Below are positions 58,571 through 64,000 of a stretch of 64,000 bases of DNA, in pieces. A program made the position numbers and the translations under genes. Numbering within the stretch: the stretch's first letter is position 1; each line of letters starts with the position of its first letter. Under the pieces are notes generated by a model. That model did not search any database, was not told the origin of the DNA, and worked only from the letters and a program-made list of their open reading frames with translations. This DNA is from the human T2T-CHM13v2.0 reference genome, Homo sapiens, in the NCBI RefSeq assembly GCF_009914755.1, contig NC_060932.1, one strand, 5' to 3'.

Positions 58571-59719
58571 ACCTGTATGTTCTAGAGTTCTTTAGCAGTA
58601 CATGGTACTGTGTGGTGGGGGATGCCAGTGCTAGCATCTCTGACATATTCCTTCATCTTCACCTTCATCCTTACTTTTCCTTCCACTTTTCCTCAATTTT
58701 TAAAAACTCCTCACGTCCTCTGTTTTTCTCTACTGGCTCTCATTTTGTATGGACATTCAGGCCATGGGGAAACTGAGATGATGCATTTCCATTATACTAT
58801 GAGGATCACTCATTCTGTGACAGCTGAAATTTGGGCAGAGCTGAAAACAAGCAAATTAGACATAAAAGATTCCACAGTTGTTACAGATACTGTTCAAATA
58901 TAATACATAATTGGGCACCAATAATTAGAGATCTGAAGTTGAATAACCCACAGTCTTGCCTTCTAAGGGTCATGGATGAATGAGAAGATGCAAATAATAT
59001 CTCCATGGCAGACATTAGCAATTGATTCCAGAATTCACATACCGCTGTTTTTTCTTTCTCAATACAGTGATCCCTACTGATTAATCACAGTTGGCACTGA
59101 AAATGGAATGTATTTGCCATCCCTGGACTATGTGTATCAAAGCACTAAGTGCAGGAGAGAAAGGACAGGAAAGGTGTAAAAGGCAGAAAGGTGCCAATGG
59201 AGGGTGCCATAGACAAGTCTCACTGCAATTTATATCTAATACTGACCCTGTCTGTAGACTTACCTCTAGGTGCATGCCATCTCAAGGTTGCCATGAAACA
59301 CTACTTTTTTTGTCCCTAGGATTGTCCATGGCAAGAACCAAGGAGAGGGCACAGGCATGCCTGTGTCTGTGGCTGTGGGAACAATGGAAGAGGCTGAGCT
59401 TATTGCTCTGGAAGGCTGCTGTTTGTTATTAAAAGGGATCATAAGAATGATGGAAGCCAAGCTGTGCTTTCAGAGACGGGTCCAAGCGTGGAGTGCCGGC
59501 CATGATCCATTTCTTCCAAAGACAGGTGGCTGCTGCTCTGGGGGTGGGAGGGGAGCTTAAGAAGGAGACTCACACTGCCCCTGTATGTAATCTGGTTCCT
59601 TTCCACATTGCCAGGGGCCTGGGAGATCCCTGATATTTTATCTTCAAATGTGATCTGGGATCTATATATAGTTGGACACATAGATGAGATGAGTTCTTTT
59701 TAATGGAAAAGAAAGGAAC

Positions 59720-60013
<294 letters not shown>

Positions 60014-61149
60014 AGGAACTTAATACATACTCTATCATGAGCACCCATTCTAACCCTAATACTAAGCCTCGGTGAGGGAGGATGGTGTCCTGGAGCAAAT
60101 GGGCAATAACAGCAGGGTTACAGGCATTGCCTTGTCCTGGGGTTGATGTCTTTGCTGTTATCCACTGAGTTCCTAGACTCTGGAAGCTTCTTGTCTCAGA
60201 CCTAATGTCTCTAGGACCTAATGGCTTCCCTGAGCCTCCTGACACCCATACCTCTGACCTAGAGTAACATAACCTTGCCACACCTTAGTTTACATTCGTG
60301 TGGCTCTTTCCAAAGCTTTGTATTCTTTTCAAAGGACCTTTTGAAAGGATCTTAGTGAGAAGTAACCAATGGAAGGGATCTTTGATGGTGAAATCCAGGC
60401 ACTGTAGTCCCCCCTGACACTTCCCCCATAGCACTGCCTTAACTACTGCTTTGCTAAAAGACTGATCTTGTCCACACACTGATTTGTAGAAAGCAAAGCT
60501 CAACATGAAATGAACAAGCTGAAAACGCTGGGCCAAACAGGGTCCTGAGCCCTTAACCCCTGGGGAGGACTGCAGCGAAGTTCAGAGAATAACATCACTT
60601 GCTCCACTTGCTTTTTCTAGATTCTGATCAAAAGGGAACAGACCGACAGCCTCGATATTTTGCTGGTAAAGTCATCACTCAATCACAGCATCCCCAGGGA
60701 ATAGGAGAGGCATAGGATCTAACCCTTGCTATTTTTATTTTTGGAGACACAAATGAGGCAGTCGGTTCTGGAGGAAGTCACGAAAGAAGCTCTGAATCAG
60801 ATGGTATTTCACCCACCATCGGAGACAGGATGACTTGTGCTATCATCTACCAAATCAAAGAGCTCTCCACACTTGCTAAATGGGACACGAAATGGCCTTG
60901 TGCAGCTCCAGCACAGAAAAGGCAAGGACTGGGGTACCAGTCAGGCTGCAGACAGAGGCCCTCCCTCCTTGGGGCCTCAGCTTTCTGGAAGGGAGGGTGG
61001 GAGTGTGGGAGGAGAGAGAGAAATCCCATGTCTACCACTGCCCAAAAGAGCCAAGGTCTTGGTGCCAGCAGGAAAGACAGTGAACATGAGATGTTTTCCA
61101 CTCAAAGTTAGAACTAGAACCAGGGGTAGTAGAGGGTGCAGAAGACGGC

Positions 61150-61403
61150 TTTTTTTTTTTTTTTTTTTTTTTAAGAAAGAGTCTCACTTTGTTGCCTAGG
61201 CTGGAGTGGAATGCAGTTGCATAATCTTGGCTCACTGCAACCTCTGCCTCCCGGGTTCAAGAGATTCTCCTGCCTCAGCCTCCTGAATAGCTGGGACTAC
61301 AGGTGCCCACTACCAAGCCAGGCTAATTTTTGTATTTTTAGTAGAGATGGAGTTTCGCCATGTTGGCCAGGCTGGTTTCAAACTCCTGACCTTAAATGAT
61401 CCG
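61150..61403 (-). mobile_element. AluS, about 50 nt 5'-truncated
   Basis: Long poly-T; Alu similarity stops after ctgaccttaaatgatcc. Confidence 0.92.
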
Positions 61404-61667
61404 GAGGGCATCTCTTTCTATGAACCAGAGCCACCAGTGTCAGTTTTCACTCCCAGCACCCCCTGTGCTCCCTGGGACTCTCCCTTTTCTGTCTCCTCAT
61501 GTTCAATTCCAGATTCTCCTCCCAGCTCTTCCTCTAACTCCCTGCGACCTGGGCAAGTAATTTTTCAGTATTACCATATTAGAGAAAAGGAGAATGGGTT
61601 TGACCTCTCAATTCCCTATATCCCAAATAGCTATAAGCTCCTTTGGGGTGCTGGCTGTGTCTTATAT

Positions 61668-62170
61668 GAGTGGTCCCCAACCTTTTTGGCACCAGGGACA
61701 AGTTTCATGGAAGACAACTTTTCTATGGACTGGTGGGTGGGGGGATGGTTTCGGGGTGATTCAAGCCCATTACATTTATTGTGCACTGTATTTCTATTAT
61801 TATCACATTGTAATACATAATGAAATAATTATGCAACTCACCATAATGTAGAATCAATGAGAACCCTGAGCTTGTTTTCCTGAAACTAGCTGGTCCCCTC
61901 TGGGGGTGATGGGAGACAGTGACAGATCATCAGGCCTTAGATTCTCATAAGAAGCATGCAACCCAGTTCCCTCACATGCGCAATTCACAATAGGGTTCGT
62001 GCTCCTATGAGAATCTAATGCCACTGCTGATCTGACAGGAGGCAGAGCTCAAGCAGTAATGCGAGTGATAGGGAGGAGCCGAAAATACAGACAAGCTTTC
62101 CTGGCTTGCCTGCCGTTCACCTCCTGCGTGGCTTAGTCTTGGTCCATGGCCCAGGGGATAAGGACCCCTG
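61668..62170 (-). mobile_element. MER1A
   Basis: Reverse complement of the 2989-3486 element; TIRs gagtggtccccaacc / aggacccctg; TSD tcttatat/tcttatga. Confidence 0.9.
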
Positions 62171-63279
62171 TCTTATGACACTTTATTTCCCTAAGCATCC
62201 AGAGCTGTGCTTGGAACATACAACATACTTGAGCATGACCTTTTGATATGATCTGCTCACACAGGATTCACTCCCAGCTAACATAGACCCTTCCTTCATC
62301 TTAAAGATTCCCAAGGAGTTTTATCATGAACCAGGTGTTTGGGCAATTAAAAAAAATTATGACAGCTATTTTGATTGAACACACTGCAGAGAGAGTGTTC
62401 GGTGCTATTTTGGAAGGAGCCTATTTCATTACTGCAAAATTCTCATTTTAATTCTTGGATGGCCATTAAAATGGAACCCGCTTCCATGTGAAATGGTTAC
62501 CCTGCATGTTGTGAAGCCTCCCCAGAAACTAGGACCTTGTTTCCTCTAAAGGCAGCCCATCCATTCTTCCAGATTTTATGCCACTAAAAATTTCTACTTT
62601 AAAAATGCTGAAATCTATTTGTATAGCATACTTCCATTGGTGCTACTCTACTCCTTTGGGTATTTATGAGAAATAAGTAAAGTTATAGGTGAATATTTTA
62701 TATTATAGGACATATAGGTTATATTTGGTTTATTTTTGTTTATTTGAATAATCTAAACTTATTTCCTTTTAATGAACATTTATTTTGATTGAAGAAAAAA
62801 ATAATACAGGTCCTAACAAACCCCTCTCGCCACTCGCACCCTAGCCTTCCAAGGACAGCAGCCCTTTGGCTGATTGGATGTGCAGGGACCCTCCCTGGCC
62901 ACAGAGAGGAAGGACATGTTCCCTTCCTTTGCTCTAGGCCTCCTGAGGGTCAGCTGTAACCTAGCAAACTTTCAACTTGGGGACTGAGGGTAAGGGTCCC
63001 TCAGGACATGGGTGTCATGAGGGCTCCAGGACTGGAGTCTCTGGGGATGGTGCTTTGGCTGAAAAGGCCAGCCATGTTTCCAGGGGTAGGACAGGATCCT
63101 TCCAGCATGATGAGAATACTGTGCACCCTTACAGCTGGCAGGGGTGACAGTAAGATGAGCCAGGACAGGCAAGAGTCTAGATACTTCTACCATATCTGTT
63201 ATGGATGCCCAAGGAGACTGGGCACAAACTGATACTTAATTTTTTATTCAAATCTTTTCATTGATAAAATGAGATAATA

Positions 63280-63352
63280 GGCTGCTCTGTCTATGGAGTA
63301 GCCATTCTTTTATTCCTTTACTTTCTTAATAAACTTGCTTTCACTTTGAAAA
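63280..63352 (+). pseudogene. L1-retroposed copy of a MER41 LTR R region (processed LTR RNA)
   Basis: ggctgctctgtctatggagtagccattcttttattcctttactttcttAATAAActtgctttcactttg plus A run; perfect 14-bp TSD aaaatgagataata (63266-63279 / 63353-63366). Confidence 0.85.
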
Positions 63353-63529
63353 AAAATGAGATAATAACCCATTACCTCGTGATTCCTTAAATGTCTGAGG
63401 AAATTAATGTCAGGATCTGAAGCTACTCTAAGAAGAAAGGCTGAATTATGATTAGAATTGTGGATCCTCAAAGAGCTGTGAAGAGACATTGTGTGAGCCT
63501 GTGAACTAACGGCCTATAGATAATAAGAA

Positions 63530-63720
63530 CTGATGAGCAGTTCATAGTTTAAGTTTTTACTGTGTGCCAGGCACTGCTCTAAGCACCTCACATGAATTAG
63601 GACACTGTGTCTTCAAAACTACTCTTTCAGGTAGGTACTATTATTATCTCTACTCTACAGCAAGGAAACCAAAGCACAGAGGTTGATACTTCACCCACAA
63701 TGCCACCTAGAAAGTGAGAG
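63530..63720 (-). mobile_element. MIR
   Basis: tactgtgtgccaggcactgctctaagcac..ggtaggtactattattatc..aaggaaaccaaagcacagagg. Confidence 0.8.
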
Positions 63721-63723
63721 CCT

Positions 63724-64000
63724 GGCCAGAGGTGGTGGCTCACACTTGTAATCCCAACACTTTGGGAGGCTGAGGCAGGAGTTCAAGACCAGCCTGGGCA
63801 ACACAGCAAGATCCTGTCTCCAAAACAAAAAAAATAAACGGGTGTGGTGGCATGAGCCTGTAGTCCCAGCTACTCAGGAGGCTGAGGCAGGAGGATCCCT
63901 TGGGCCCAGCTGCATTGAGCTATGATCACACCACTGTACTCCAGTCTGGGTGACAGCAAGACCCTGTCTCCAAATAAAATAAAACAATAAAATAAAATAA
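63724..64000 (+). mobile_element. AluJ with internal deletions and (AAAAT)n tail running to the window edge
   Basis: gcctgggcaacacagcaagatcctgtctc; ggaggatcccttgggcccag; gagctatgatcacacc. Confidence 0.9.

Overview
This is primate (most likely human) non-coding genomic DNA, either intronic or intergenic. I see no supportable protein-coding exon, RNA gene, CpG island or prokaryotic feature. The ORF track is explained by Alu, L1, MaLR and L2 sequence or by chance. Much of the window is recognisable interspersed repeat: 16 Alus plus a fragment, L1PA/PB/MA/MC/ME pieces, L2, MIR, about a dozen LTRs including a full-length MSTA provirus, and the DNA transposons Charlie4a, MER1A x2, MER30, MER5, MER6A, MER63 and MADE1. 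Repeat families were recognised by eye from remembered consensus sequences, so subfamily calls and the edges of old elements are approximate. The most notable observations are six. (1) A 69-nt MER41 LTR R-region retrocopy with a poly(A) remnant and a perfect 14-bp TSD (63280-63352), i.e. an LTR-derived RNA retroposed by L1. (2) A 288-bp templated copy of the local MSTA provirus pasted 3.4 kb away, with a 20-bp junction duplication. (3) A 5x50-bp tandem array built from an L2 3' terminus. (4) An inverted Alu pair only 23 bp apart. (5) A near-perfect CTCF motif at 55591 with a convergent partner near 7760. (6) Several small template-switch scars.
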